Below are positions 38,703-48,108 of a DNA stretch of 57,819 nt, one piece after another. Within the stretch, counting starts at the first letter, position 1, and each line of letters begins with the position of its first letter. Source of the stretch: a bacterium (GTDB lineage Bacteria > Auribacterota > Erginobacteria > Erginobacterales > DAOSXE01); assembly GCA_035380285.1 (NCBI GenBank), contig DAOSXE010000020.1, positions 1-57,819 of the forward strand, written 5' to 3'. The notes below the pieces were generated by a model that saw only the letters and a program-made list of their open reading frames with translations, was not told the DNA's origin and made no database searches. Both the position numbers and the translations under genes were made by a program.

Positions 38703-39917
38703 ATGCCCGATGCCGTCAAGGTCAGCGAGGGGATTTACTGGCTGGGAGTGAACGACCGCCAGACCCGGCTTTTCGAGGAGCTCTGGCCGCTCCCCAACGG
38801 GGTCTCCTACAACGCCTACCTGGTGGAGGGAACGGAGCGCTGCGCCCTGATCGACACCGTCAAGGGGTCTTTCTCCGCCGATTACCGGGAGCGGGTGGCC
38901 CAGTGGGTCTCCGCCGGCCGGCGGATCGAATACCTGGTCATCAACCACATGGAGCCGGACCACTCCGGTTCGATCAAGACCCTGGTCGAGCTCTGTCCCG
39001 GGATCCGGCTCGTCGGGAACGAGCACACGGTGCGGATGATCGAGGACTTCTACCGCCTCGGCGCCGATACCGTCGAGGTCGGCGACGGCGACGAAATCGA
39101 TCTGGGAGGGAGGAAGCTGGTCTTCAGGCTCACTCCCATGGTCCATTGGCCGGAAACGATGATGACCTTCGATTCACGGACCGGAACGCTTTTCTCCGGC
39201 GACGCCTTCGGGGGGTTCGGGACCCTCGACGGAGGCATTTTCGACGACGAGGTCAACATCGAGTTCTACCAGGACGAGATCCGCCGCTACTTCACCAACA
39301 TCGTCGGACGTTTCAGCGCCATGGTGGTCAAGGCCATCGACAAGGTCCGGGATCTTCCCATCGCCGTGGTCGCTCCCACGCACGGGCCCATCTGGCGCCG
39401 GGACCCGTCGCGGATCATCGAGGCGTACGCTTCCTGGAGCCGGCACGAGACCGAACCGGGAGTGGTGATCGTCTACGGGTCCATGTACGGGAACACCGAG
39501 CGCATGGCCGATGCCGCCGCCCGGGTTCTGAGCGAACGGGGGTTGAAGAACATCAAGATCTTCAACGCTTCCCATACCCACGTTTCCTACATGATCAACG
39601 AGATCTGGAGGTTCCGGGGCCTGCTCCTGGGAAGCTGCACCTACAACCTCGGTCTCTTCCCCCCCATGATCGAACTGCTGGATAAGCTCAGGAACAGCAA
39701 CCTCCGGGGCTGGCTGGTCGGCATCTTCGGCACCTATGCCTGGAGCGGCGGCGGCGTCAAGCGCCTGCGGGAATGCGCGCAGGAGTGCGGCTGGAAACTG
39801 GTGGAGCCGGTGGTCGAAGCCCGCTGCGCCCCCAAGCCCGAAGACCTGCGGGGGTGCCGGGAGCTGGCGGTCAACCTGGCCGCCGCCCTGGATGCTCCCG
39901 GGGACGGCGGGGGATGA
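38703..39917 (+). CDS. FprA-family flavodiiron protein (metallo-beta-lactamase + flavodoxin; O2/NO reductase)
   Basis: The VKVSEGIYWLGV start is typical of FprA. The HxExDH-like motif HMEPDHSG and a C-terminal flavodoxin-like domain are present. The ATG at 38703 has a GGAGG SD; earlier in-frame codons in the listed ORF are unlikely. Confidence 0.75.
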   Translation: MPDAVKVSEGIYWLGVNDRQTRLFEELWPLPNGVSYNAYLVEGTERCALIDTVKGSFSADYRERVAQWVSAGRRIEYLVINHMEPDHSGSIKTLVELCPGIRLVGNEHTVRMIEDFYRLGADTVEVGDGDEIDLGGRKLVFRLTPMVHWPETMMTFDSRTGTLFSGDAFGGFGTLDGGIFDDEVNIEFYQDEIRRYFTNIVGRFSAMVVKAIDKVRDLPIAVVAPTHGPIWRRDPSRIIEAYASWSRHETEPGVVIVYGSMYGNTERMADAAARVLSERGLKNIKIFNASHTHVSYMINEIWRFRGLLLGSCTYNLGLFPPMIELLDKLRNSNLRGWLVGIFGTYAWSGGGVKRLRECAQECGWKLVEPVVEARCAPKPEDLRGCRELAVNLAAALDAPGDGGG

Positions 39918-40672
39918 CCGGCGGGGTCGAAGAGGGGAGGTACTTTCTCAAGGATTCGGTGAGGAAAGTCACCGACTTCGCCGCCACCCCCCAGAGCCGC
40001 GGTGTTCCCCCTCCTCCCGTCCAGAAGCCGTTTCCGTCCGAAGCCCTCCGGTTCCCCCTTCCCGCTCCGGGAGAGTTCGGCGCCCTCGGGAAGATGGGGG
40101 TCTACGACGCCGTCCGCCGGCGCCGCAGCCGTCGGAATTTTTCGCCGGAGCCCCTGGGCCTGGCCGAGCTCTCCTTCCTGCTCTGGGCCGTCCAGGGGGT
40201 GAGACGCACCCTCTCCCCGGCCGCGGTACTGCGGACCGTCCCCTCGGCCGGCTGCCGCCACCCCCTGGAGACCTATCTCCTGGCGTTTCGGGTCGGCTCC
40301 CTGGAGCCGGGGGTTTACCGCTACCTCCCCCTGGGCCACGAACTTCTTTTCGAATTCGCGGTCCCCGACCTGGCCGCCCGCCTGGTCCGGGGAGTGCTGG
40401 GGCAGGAGTTCGCGGCGCGGGCCGCCGCCGTCTTCGTCTGGAGCGCGGTGCCGTCCCGGACCGAGTGGCGGTACGGGGGCGCTTCCCACAAGGTGATCGC
40501 CCTCGATGCCGGCCACGCCTGCCAGAACCTGTACCTGGCCTGCGAAAGCATCGGGGCCGGAACCTGCGCCGTGGCCGCCTACGACCAGGAGGAGATGGAC
40601 CGGCTGCTGCGGCTCGACGGCGCCGAGGAGTTCGTGGTCTACCTCGCCCCCGTGGGGAGGGTCGGGCCTTAA
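39914..40672 (+). CDS. SagB/ThcOx-type nitroreductase-fold dehydrogenase
   Basis: RRSRRNF...LWAVQG... and HKVIALDAGHACQNLYLA are present. The ATG overlaps the FprA stop (ATGA). The first 47 codons of the listed ORF lie in the FprA region and are excluded. Confidence 0.55.
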   Translation: MTGGVEEGRYFLKDSVRKVTDFAATPQSRGVPPPPVQKPFPSEALRFPLPAPGEFGALGKMGVYDAVRRRRSRRNFSPEPLGLAELSFLLWAVQGVRRTLSPAAVLRTVPSAGCRHPLETYLLAFRVGSLEPGVYRYLPLGHELLFEFAVPDLAARLVRGVLGQEFAARAAAVFVWSAVPSRTEWRYGGASHKVIALDAGHACQNLYLACESIGAGTCAVAAYDQEEMDRLLRLDGAEEFVVYLAPVGRVGP

Positions 40673-40771
40673 CGCCGGGGCGCCGCCGCTTGTCTTCGGC
40701 GGTTTTCCGGCTATAATTTCGGCGGACGGAAACGCCGCGACGGCGCCGCGGGCGCCGGGAGAGGAGGAACG

Positions 40772-41560
40772 ATGGGCAAGATCTATCATATTCAGCTGGA
40801 TCGGAAAATGATCGGGGGCGCCAAGCTGGCGGTGGTCCCGGGCGACCCCGGCCGGGTTCCCAAGATCGCGGGGCAGCTCTCGCCCCGGTTCCGGGAACTG
40901 GCTTTCAACCGGGAGTACCGGTCCTGCCTGGTCCCGGTCGGCTCCCGGGAGAAGGTTCTGGTCACCTCGACCGGGATCGGCGGCCCCTCGGCCACGATCG
41001 CCGTCGAGGAGCTGGCCATGCTCGGGATCACCACCTTCGTCCGGCTGGGGACCACGGGCTCGATCCGGAAGGACCTCAAGGTCGGGGACGTCGTCGTCAC
41101 CGCCGCCGCGGTCCGTCTGGACGGCTCCTCGACCCACTACGCCCCCATCGAGTACCCGGCGGCCGCGGATTTCTTCGTCACCAGGATCCTGGTCGAAGCC
41201 GCGGAAAAGGCCGGCATTCCTTTTCGAGTCGGCGTCACGGCGTCTTCCGACACCTTCTACCCGGGGCAGGAACGCTACGACTCCCACGGCAAGTACGTGA
41301 TCCGGAAATTCCAGGGCACGCTCGGGGAGTGGCAGCGGCTGGGGGTGCTCAACTACGAGATGGAATCGTCGGCCCTCTTCACCACCGCCCGGGCCCTGGG
41401 GCTGCGGGCCGGATGCGTGGCGGGGGTCATCGTCAACCGGGCTTCCACCGAGGCCATCCGCAAGACCGACGTGGCCCGGGCCGAAGACAACACCATCTCC
41501 GTTCTCAAAGACAGCCTGGGCCCGCTGCTGGCCCTGGCCCGGAGCCGCGTCCGCGGGTGA
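40772..41560 (+). CDS. udp: Uridine phosphorylase
   Basis: It is near-collinear with E. coli Udp (VTSTGIGGPSATIAVEEL, GVTASSDTFYPGQERYD, MGVLNYEMESSAL). Confidence 0.85.
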   Translation: MGKIYHIQLDRKMIGGAKLAVVPGDPGRVPKIAGQLSPRFRELAFNREYRSCLVPVGSREKVLVTSTGIGGPSATIAVEELAMLGITTFVRLGTTGSIRKDLKVGDVVVTAAAVRLDGSSTHYAPIEYPAAADFFVTRILVEAAEKAGIPFRVGVTASSDTFYPGQERYDSHGKYVIRKFQGTLGEWQRLGVLNYEMESSALFTTARALGLRAGCVAGVIVNRASTEAIRKTDVARAEDNTISVLKDSLGPLLALARSRVRG

Positions 41561-41880
41561 TGCCGCCGACCCGGCGTCAGTACGACCTCGCCCGCCACCA
41601 CGCCTGGGGAGGGCTGGGGATGCTGGCCCTGGCGGCGGTGTTGCGGGGGGTCGTCCCCGGAATCTCCCCCCGGGTGGCGGCGCCGGTCCTGGGCGCTCTG
41701 TGCGCCTACGCCGGGTTCTGGCTGTTTCTGACCTACCGCTACCGCGCCGCCCTCGGCCGGCGGCGCGAGGAGGCGGCAGGCGGCGCCGCCGCCCGGGCGA
41801 AGGCCGAGGCCAAGGCCGCCAAGAAACAAGCCAAGGCCGCGGCCAAGGCGGCGAAAAAGGGAGGGGGGGGCGGGCGTTAA
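41560..41880 (+). CDS. Small 2-TM membrane protein with an Ala/Lys-rich tail (hypothetical)
   Basis: The ATG overlaps the udp stop (TGATG). Two predicted TM helices are present. It ends at a TTAA that also serves as the stop for the convergent gene. Confidence 0.35.
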   Translation: MPPTRRQYDLARHHAWGGLGMLALAAVLRGVVPGISPRVAAPVLGALCAYAGFWLFLTYRYRAALGRRREEAAGGAAARAKAEAKAAKKQAKAAAKAAKKGGGGGR

Positions 41881-42938
41881 CGCCCCCGGCGCGAGCCCAG
41901 CCAGAAGAAGACCCCGGCCACGGCCAGCATCCCCGCCAGCTTGAGGGCCAGGGATCCGGCGCCGCTACCGGAATCCGCGCTTTCTTCCGCCTCGGTCAGC
42001 TCGTCGACTTCTTCGTCGCCCGCCGCCGTGCCCGCCGGGGTCGGAGGGGGAGAGGGCCGGAAGCGGGGGGTAACCGCCGGGAGGACGGTCGAGGAAAAGG
42101 CCTTGGTCAGGAGCTCCCGGGCCTTGGCGTCCCGGGTCGTCCGGTCCTTGGAGCCGAGGACGACGGCGACGAACCTGACCCCGCGCCGGGAGGCGGTGGC
42201 GACGATGGAGTAGCCCGCGGCCTTGAAGTACCCGGTCTTGAACCCGTCGCAGCCGGGAACCGATCCGAGCAGGTGGTTGTGGGTGCGCATGTCGAAGGTG
42301 CCGTCGCGGAAGGGGCGGTACGTGGTCTCCGTGTAGGCGAAGACGGCGGGGTGCTTGATCAGCTCCAGCGCCAGCCGGGCCAGGTCGCGGGCCGTGCTTG
42401 TATCCGGTTCGTCTCCCGCCGCCGGAGGGAGACCGTGCACGGAATGGAAGACGGTGTCGGCCATTCCCAGGTCGGCGGCTTTCCGGTTCATCAGCTCGAC
42501 GAAGGCCTCGGCCGACCCCGCCGTGTGGATGGCCAGGGCGACCGCGGAATCGTTGGCCGACTGGACGATCAGGGAATAGAGCAGCTCTTCCACGGGAAAG
42601 ACCTCGCCCTCCTTGAGGTAGACTTGCGAGCCGCCCGTCCGGGCTGCGGCCGCGGTCACGGTCACCGGGTCGTCGAGCCGCAGGGTTCCCTCCTCGACTT
42701 TCTCCTGGAGGATGAGGAGCATCATCAGCTTGATCACGCTGGCGGGATAGGCGCGGGCGGAAGAGTTGTCCTCGAAAAAGACTTCGCCGGTCCCGGCGTT
42801 GAGGACCAGGGCCGAAAGGTAGGGGTTCTTGGCCACGGTCGGGATTTTGGCCCGGGCCCCGGGTGCGGCGGCGGGGAGGAAGATGAGCCCGGCCGCGGCC
42901 GCGGCCGCGAAACGGCGGTGCCCGAGAAGGCGTTTCAT
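41877..42938 (-). CDS. D-alanyl-D-alanine carboxypeptidase (S11 family, PBP5/6-like)
   Basis: A signal peptide is followed by the SVIK (SxxK), SAN (SxN) and KTG motifs, with a C-terminal membrane anchor. Confidence 0.75.
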   Translation of the reverse strand: MKRLLGHRRFAAAAAAGLIFLPAAAPGARAKIPTVAKNPYLSALVLNAGTGEVFFEDNSSARAYPASVIKLMMLLILQEKVEEGTLRLDDPVTVTAAAARTGGSQVYLKEGEVFPVEELLYSLIVQSANDSAVALAIHTAGSAEAFVELMNRKAADLGMADTVFHSVHGLPPAAGDEPDTSTARDLARLALELIKHPAVFAYTETTYRPFRDGTFDMRTHNHLLGSVPGCDGFKTGYFKAAGYSIVATASRRGVRFVAVVLGSKDRTTRDAKARELLTKAFSSTVLPAVTPRFRPSPPPTPAGTAAGDEEVDELTEAEESADSGSGAGSLALKLAGMLAVAGVFFWLGSRRGR

Positions 42939-43009
42939 GCTACTCTGCCGGCAAGGATCCATAACCCCGGAATTTTCTCCCGGCCGCAGGGAAAACTCCA
43001 GGAAAAATC

Positions 43010-44095
43010 GTGAACCTCGAAGCCTTGGAAAAAATTCTCGCCGCCCTCCCCGGATACCGTCGGGTCCAGGCCCGGCGCGCGCTGTATCGGGACCTGGTTC
43101 CTTCCTGGCTGGAAGCCACCGCCCTTCCCCTGGAGCTGCGCCGGGAACTGGAGGAGGCCGTCCCCCTGCCGGCGTCGGCGGAGTTTTTCCCCGAAGCGGA
43201 CGGATCGGCCGAACGCGCCCTGGTCGTTCTCGGCGACGGGGAGGCGGTCGAGACCGTGCTGATGCGCCACGGCTCCGGGCGCCGGACGGTCTGCGTCTCC
43301 TCCCAGGCCGGTTGCGCCCTCGGCTGCTCTTTCTGCGCCACCGCCGAGCGCGGCTGGTCCCGGAACCTGTCCGCCGGCGAGATCGTGGGCCAGGTTCGTC
43401 TCGTCGCGCGCCGTCTCGCCCCCGCGGGGGAAAAGGTCGGCAACGTCGTTTTCATGGGGATGGGTGAGCCCCTGCTCAATTATGAAGCGGTGGCGGAGGC
43501 GGTGCGCGAACTCAACGCCGCCGACGGGTTCAACATCGCCGCCCGCCGGATTTCCATCTCCACCGCCGGGATCGTTCCCGGGATACAGCGTCTGGCCGCC
43601 TTCCCCCTGCAGGTCAACCTGGCGGTCTCGCTCCACGCGCCCGACGACCGGCGGCGGAAGGAGCTGATGCCGTTGGCCGGCAAGGTCCCGCTCCGGCGCC
43701 TGCTGGCGGCGGTGCGGGACTATCAGGCCCGCACCAACCGCCGGGTCATGTTCGAGTATATCCTGATCGACGGGTTCAACGACAACACCGCCGACGCCCG
43801 CGCTCTGGGGGGCCTGCTGCGGAAGGACGGGCCGCGGCTTTTTCTCGTCAACCTCATCCCCTGCAACCCCGCCCGGGGTTTCCGGGCCCCCCCCGAAGCC
43901 CGGATCGAGGGTTTCCGGCGGGCACTGGAGGGGGAGGGCGTCTCCGTCACCCGCCGCTACCGTTTCGGCCGGGGGGTCCGGGGTGCCTGCGGTCAGCTGG
44001 CGGGACGCGACGAAATCGAGGAGGTCGAAGATGGGAATGTTCACGACCGGGAAAGTATGCCTGGAGCGGCTCCCCCGGGGGGGAGATCTGGCTGA
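43010..44095 (+). CDS. rlmN: 23S rRNA/tRNA m2A methyltransferase RlmN (radical SAM)
   Basis: CALGCSFCAT is the radical SAM motif in an RlmN/Cfr-type context. MGMGEPLLNY and a C-terminal CGQLAG are present. Confidence 0.8.
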   Translation: MNLEALEKILAALPGYRRVQARRALYRDLVPSWLEATALPLELRRELEEAVPLPASAEFFPEADGSAERALVVLGDGEAVETVLMRHGSGRRTVCVSSQAGCALGCSFCATAERGWSRNLSAGEIVGQVRLVARRLAPAGEKVGNVVFMGMGEPLLNYEAVAEAVRELNAADGFNIAARRISISTAGIVPGIQRLAAFPLQVNLAVSLHAPDDRRRKELMPLAGKVPLRRLLAAVRDYQARTNRRVMFEYILIDGFNDNTADARALGGLLRKDGPRLFLVNLIPCNPARGFRAPPEARIEGFRRALEGEGVSVTRRYRFGRGVRGACGQLAGRDEIEEVEDGNVHDRESMPGAAPPGGRSG

Positions 44096-44465
44096 AGCCG
44101 TGGCCGCCCGCGCCGCCGCCCGGGGGATCGCCTGCGCCGAAATCTGCGCCGTCGGGGCCGTGTCCCGGGCCCGGATCGGGTATTACCTCCAGGACCGGCG
44201 CCGCTATCGGGAACTGGACTTTCCGGAGGCCATGGAGATCGTGTCCTGCCTGGGGACGATCACCGAAAAGGACGGGGCGCCTTTTCTTCATGCCCACCTG
44301 GCCCTGGCCCGGGAAGACGGTTCCACGGTCGCCGGCCACCTCCTGCCCGGGACCGTTATCTTCGCCTGCGAATGCCTGATCCGCGAGCTGGTGGGGGATG
44401 TCCCGCGCCGCGCGCACGACCCCGATACCGGGCTGTCGCTCTGGGAGAGTTCATTCCATGATTGA
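44031..44465 (+). CDS. PPC (DUF296) domain protein, putative DNA-binding
   Basis: The ATG has a GAGGAGG SD. The PCC/DUF296 fold pattern (EIVSCLGTI...HAHL) is present. It overlaps the rlmN 3' end by 65 nt. Confidence 0.55.
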   Translation: MGMFTTGKVCLERLPRGGDLAEAVAARAAARGIACAEICAVGAVSRARIGYYLQDRRRYRELDFPEAMEIVSCLGTITEKDGAPFLHAHLALAREDGSTVAGHLLPGTVIFACECLIRELVGDVPRRAHDPDTGLSLWESSFHD

Positions 44466-44550
44466 TGTCCGGTTCGGACCGGGGTAAACTGCAATAGGGA
44501 TATGTGCAGGACCGGGCGCCGCGGCGCCTGCGAGCGGGTCCCCCGGGAGG

Positions 44551-45810
44551 ATGCGAGTGCGCCGACCAGGCCGGGTAATCGTGATCGGCGGCGGACCGGC
44601 GGGGCTGATGGCGGCCGGGAAGGCCGCGGCCGCCGGCGCCTCGGTGCTGTTGCTGGAGAGGATGGACCGGGTCGGCCTCAAGTTGGGCTTGACCGGGAAA
44701 GGCCGGTGCAACCTCACCAACGTCGCCCCGGTTCCGGAGATGCTCCAGCACTTCGGGGCCGGGGGCAATTTTCTGCGCGCCGCCCTCTGCAATTTCGGCA
44801 ACCGCCGCCTGATCGGGTTTTTCGCCGACCTGGGAGTGGCCACGGCGGTGGAGCGGGGCGGCCGGGTCTTTCCCGAAGCGGGGAGCGCGGTGGAGCTGGC
44901 CCGGGCCTTGAAAAAATGGGCGGCGGGAACCGGAGTCGAGATTCTCACCTCCCGCCGCGTCGATCGGCTCCTGGTCGACGAGGGCCGTATCCGGGGGGTC
45001 TGGGTGGGGGACGATTTTTATCGGGCCCGGGCGGCGGTGATCGCCACCGGAGGGCTCTCCTACCCGCGGACCGGTTCCAGCGGCGACGGCTACCGGTTGG
45101 CGGCCTCCGTCGGGCATACCGTCGTCGCCCCCCGTCCCGCCCTCGTCCCCCTGGACACGCCCACCGGGCACTGGTCGCGGACCCTCCCCGGCTTGGCCCT
45201 GAAGAACGTCCGGTGCCGGCTGACGGCCGGGGGGCGCCGGATCGCCGACGAGTTCGGGGAGATGATCTTCACCCATACCGGGGTGTCGGGACCGATCGTT
45301 CTTTCCCTTTCCCTCCGGGCCGGGGACGCGCTGGCCGCCGGGGCCGAAGTCGCGCTTTCCCTCGATTTCAAGCCGGCCCTCGACGAGAAGAAACTCGATC
45401 TGCGCCTCCTGCGCGATTTGAAGGAGGCGGGAAAACGGCGGATAGCCGGGGTGGTCAAGGGCCTGCTCCCCCGCGCGCTGGTCCCGGTCTGCCTGGCCGC
45501 CTCCGGGATCGACCCTCTCAAGCGGGCGGACCAGGTTACCCGGGAGGAGCGTCTTCGTCTCCGCCTCTGGCTCAAGGGGGCCGACATCCCCGTCCTCGAA
45601 CTCCGTCCGGCGGCGGAAGCGGTCGTCACCGCCGGGGGCGTGTCCCGCCCCGAGATCAACCCCCGCAGCATGGAGTCGCGGCTGGTCCGCGGCCTCTTCT
45701 TCGCCGGCGAGGTCATCGATATCGACGCCGATACCGGCGGCTACAACCTGCAGGCCGCGTTCTCCACCGGGTACCTGGCCGGGGCCGGCGCCGCCGCCGC
45801 CTGTCTTTAG
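44551..45810 (+). CDS. BaiN/HI0933-family flavoprotein (NAD(P)/FAD-dependent oxidoreductase)
   Basis: VIVIGGGPAGLMAA is at the N-terminus. The product is 419 aa. Confidence 0.7.
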   Translation: MRVRRPGRVIVIGGGPAGLMAAGKAAAAGASVLLLERMDRVGLKLGLTGKGRCNLTNVAPVPEMLQHFGAGGNFLRAALCNFGNRRLIGFFADLGVATAVERGGRVFPEAGSAVELARALKKWAAGTGVEILTSRRVDRLLVDEGRIRGVWVGDDFYRARAAVIATGGLSYPRTGSSGDGYRLAASVGHTVVAPRPALVPLDTPTGHWSRTLPGLALKNVRCRLTAGGRRIADEFGEMIFTHTGVSGPIVLSLSLRAGDALAAGAEVALSLDFKPALDEKKLDLRLLRDLKEAGKRRIAGVVKGLLPRALVPVCLAASGIDPLKRADQVTREERLRLRLWLKGADIPVLELRPAAEAVVTAGGVSRPEINPRSMESRLVRGLFFAGEVIDIDADTGGYNLQAAFSTGYLAGAGAAAACL

Positions 45811-46868
45811 GCGCGACGGCCGCTGAACTCGGCCAGCGCCCCCCAGAACGGGTCCACCCGGGGGTGCTCCAGGGGCCGTTCCTGGCCGTCCTCGCGCAGG
45901 ATCAGGCGCCCGGGGTCGTCGGTGACTTCCCCGACCCGGCTGGCGGGGATCCCCCCGGCGCCCAGGCGCTTCAGAACCTCGTCCGCCCGGTGCGGGCGGC
46001 AGGTGACGATCAGGGACCCCTCGCTGATCGAGGTATAGGGGTCGATCCCGAACAAACCGCAGATCCGGCGCACCGGATCCTGGACGATGATCGCTTCCTT
46101 TTCGACCGTCATCCCCACCCCCGCGGCCCGGGCCACTTCGTAGAGGCCGCCCAGGACGCCGCATTCGGTGGCGTCGTGCATCGAGGTCACTCCCTCCTCG
46201 CGGACGCCGGCTTCGACCGCGATCCGGGCGTCCTCCACCACCGACATCTGCCAGAACAGTTCTCGGGCTTCCTCGGCGAACTCGGAGCCGAAACGTTCTT
46301 CGATCCGGTCCGGAAAGGTGGCCGCGAACAGGCCGGCGGCCTCCACCGCCGCTCCCTTGGTGACGAGGACGGCATCGCCGGGCCGGGCCATGGCGGGGGT
46401 AAGATAGCGGTCCTTCGGGCCCACGCAGATCACGGTCGCCCCCCCGATCATGGGGAATTCGCAGCCTTGGTAGCGGCCGGTGTGTCCCGAGATCACGGCC
46501 AGGCCGATGGCGTCGCATTCCCGGTGGACCGTGTTCCAGAAAGCCTCGAAAGCTTCCCGGTCCATGGAAAGGGGGAGGTTCAGGTCCAGGGTGATATAGG
46601 CCGGGGGGAGTCCCGAGGTGGCCGCGTCCGAGGCCAGGATGTGCACGGCGAACCAGGCCGCTCGTTCCCAGCCGTAGGCGGGGATGACGAAGACCGGGTC
46701 GGTGGTGGTGACCATGACCCGGCCGTTCCCCAGGTCCACGACCCCGACGTCGACCCCGTTGCGGGGGCCGACCAGCACTTGAGGCCGCCGTCGCCCCAGG
46801 CGGGGGAGGATGATCTCGTCGAAGATATCCGGCGAGACCTTGCCGGTCGCGGGCAGTTCCCGTTTCAT
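45807..46868 (-). CDS. AIR synthase-related (PurM-like superfamily) protein
   Basis: The PurM-like N- and C-domains are present (GVDVGVVDL...; VISGHTG). Confidence 0.6.
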   Translation of the reverse strand: MKRELPATGKVSPDIFDEIILPRLGRRRPQVLVGPRNGVDVGVVDLGNGRVMVTTTDPVFVIPAYGWERAAWFAVHILASDAATSGLPPAYITLDLNLPLSMDREAFEAFWNTVHRECDAIGLAVISGHTGRYQGCEFPMIGGATVICVGPKDRYLTPAMARPGDAVLVTKGAAVEAAGLFAATFPDRIEERFGSEFAEEARELFWQMSVVEDARIAVEAGVREEGVTSMHDATECGVLGGLYEVARAAGVGMTVEKEAIIVQDPVRRICGLFGIDPYTSISEGSLIVTCRPHRADEVLKRLGAGGIPASRVGEVTDDPGRLILREDGQERPLEHPRVDPFWGALAEFSGRRA

Positions 46869-46903
46869 GCCGTTTTTCCCCGGCCGCTGCCCCCGCTCCC
46901 GGC

Positions 46904-47803
46904 TCAGTCGGCCTGGACCAGGTCGCCGCGCTCCAGTCCGGTCCCGGAGAGAACCTCGGCGATGGAGTACTTCTCCTTGACGCTGGTGACCTTGACCCGG
47001 CCCACCTTCTCCGTCTCCGATCCCAGGGTCATCCCGGTATCGGGGTCGACCAGGGCTTCTCCCTGGCGGATGACGTCGAATTCCATGCCTTCGCTCATCC
47101 CCCCTTCGCTGCCGGCGTTGATGTAGACCTTGGAGGCGTCGGCCTTGATCACTTTGCCCTGCCAGGGAACGCTCCTGAGGCGGGAGGCGATTTTCGCCAC
47201 CGCTTCGTCGATGGCTTCCTGGGTCGCTTCCCCCAGCGGGGTCTTGCGGAAACCGCCCAGGTCTCCGGAAAAATCGGAGTGGCTGTAGCCGAGGGAGAGG
47301 CCGCCGGCGTCGGCGCTCCCCTCCACCCGGATCGAGTCCAGCACCTCGCCGCTGCTGGTGTCGTAGATCCGGACGTTGATGGCCACGTGGGCCTGCTCGT
47401 GGCTGCCGCCGATGCGGAAACCGGCGATCCCGATCCCGCCGCCTTCTCCGCCTTTCTTCTCCTCGAACTCGGTGACCGCGCCCGAGATCAGGATCTGGGC
47501 CTTACCCAGCTTGCCGATGGCGGCGGCCGAACCTTCGCCGGTGCGTCCGCTGGCTCCCAGATCCTGCTCGGCCAGGACCGAGGAGAGGTCCTGCCGCTCG
47601 AGAACGGTGAATTTGCCGGTGTTGATCAGGGAGGTGGCCATCATCTCCTGCATGCCCCAGCCGATATCCCAGGCACCGTACCAGCCGGATTTGTTGTCGA
47701 ACTCGGAGACCGCGATCGTCATCTTGGGCGCGGCGGCGGCCGTTCCGGCCGCGACCGCGGCCGCCAGCGCGACCGCCCAGGTGGTCAGTGAAGTTTTTTT
47801 CAT
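46904..47803 (-). CDS. csgG: CsgG-family (curli assembly/transport-like) periplasmic lipoprotein-type protein
   Basis: A signal peptide is followed by the CsgG pattern IAVSEFDNKSG...MATSLINTGKFTVLERQDLSSVLAEQDL. Confidence 0.6.
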   Translation of the reverse strand: MKKTSLTTWAVALAAAVAAGTAAAAPKMTIAVSEFDNKSGWYGAWDIGWGMQEMMATSLINTGKFTVLERQDLSSVLAEQDLGASGRTGEGSAAAIGKLGKAQILISGAVTEFEEKKGGEGGGIGIAGFRIGGSHEQAHVAINVRIYDTSSGEVLDSIRVEGSADAGGLSLGYSHSDFSGDLGGFRKTPLGEATQEAIDEAVAKIASRLRSVPWQGKVIKADASKVYINAGSEGGMSEGMEFDVIRQGEALVDPDTGMTLGSETEKVGRVKVTSVKEKYSIAEVLSGTGLERGDLVQAD

Positions 47804-47913
47804 CCCGGTTCCTCCTCGGCGCCTCCGCCGTTTCGGGTTGCGTTTCCGTAAAAAAATACCATAAACGGCTCCGGGTGTAGGGGAAAAACCTCCCGAAATC
47901 CCGAGGGAAGGGG

Positions 47914-47942
47914 TTGACTTGCAAAAGGGGGGGGTATAGTTT
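47914..47942 (+). promoter_or_regulatory. Candidate promoter for the tRNA gene (TTGACT-N15-TATAGT, or TTGACT-N17-TAGTTT)
   Basis: A consensus-like -35 and an AT-rich -10 lie about 18 nt upstream of the mature tRNA 5' end. Confidence 0.4.
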
Positions 47943-47958
47943 TCCCGGTGGCCGTTCG

Positions 47959-48032
<74 letters not shown>

Positions 48033-48108
48033 TTTCCTTTTTCCCCCTCCATCCCGCGGTTGAGCTCCGGCGGCGCCCCGGTTACAATGACCCCGAGGTG
48101 ACCGTCCC

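Noticed and set aside
44356-47126. Long ORFs of 720 aa (-) and 874 aa (+) overlapping the BaiN flavoprotein, the AIR-synthase-related gene and csgG
   Set aside because: They are low-complexity and frame-shifted relative to recognisable genes. They have no start context.
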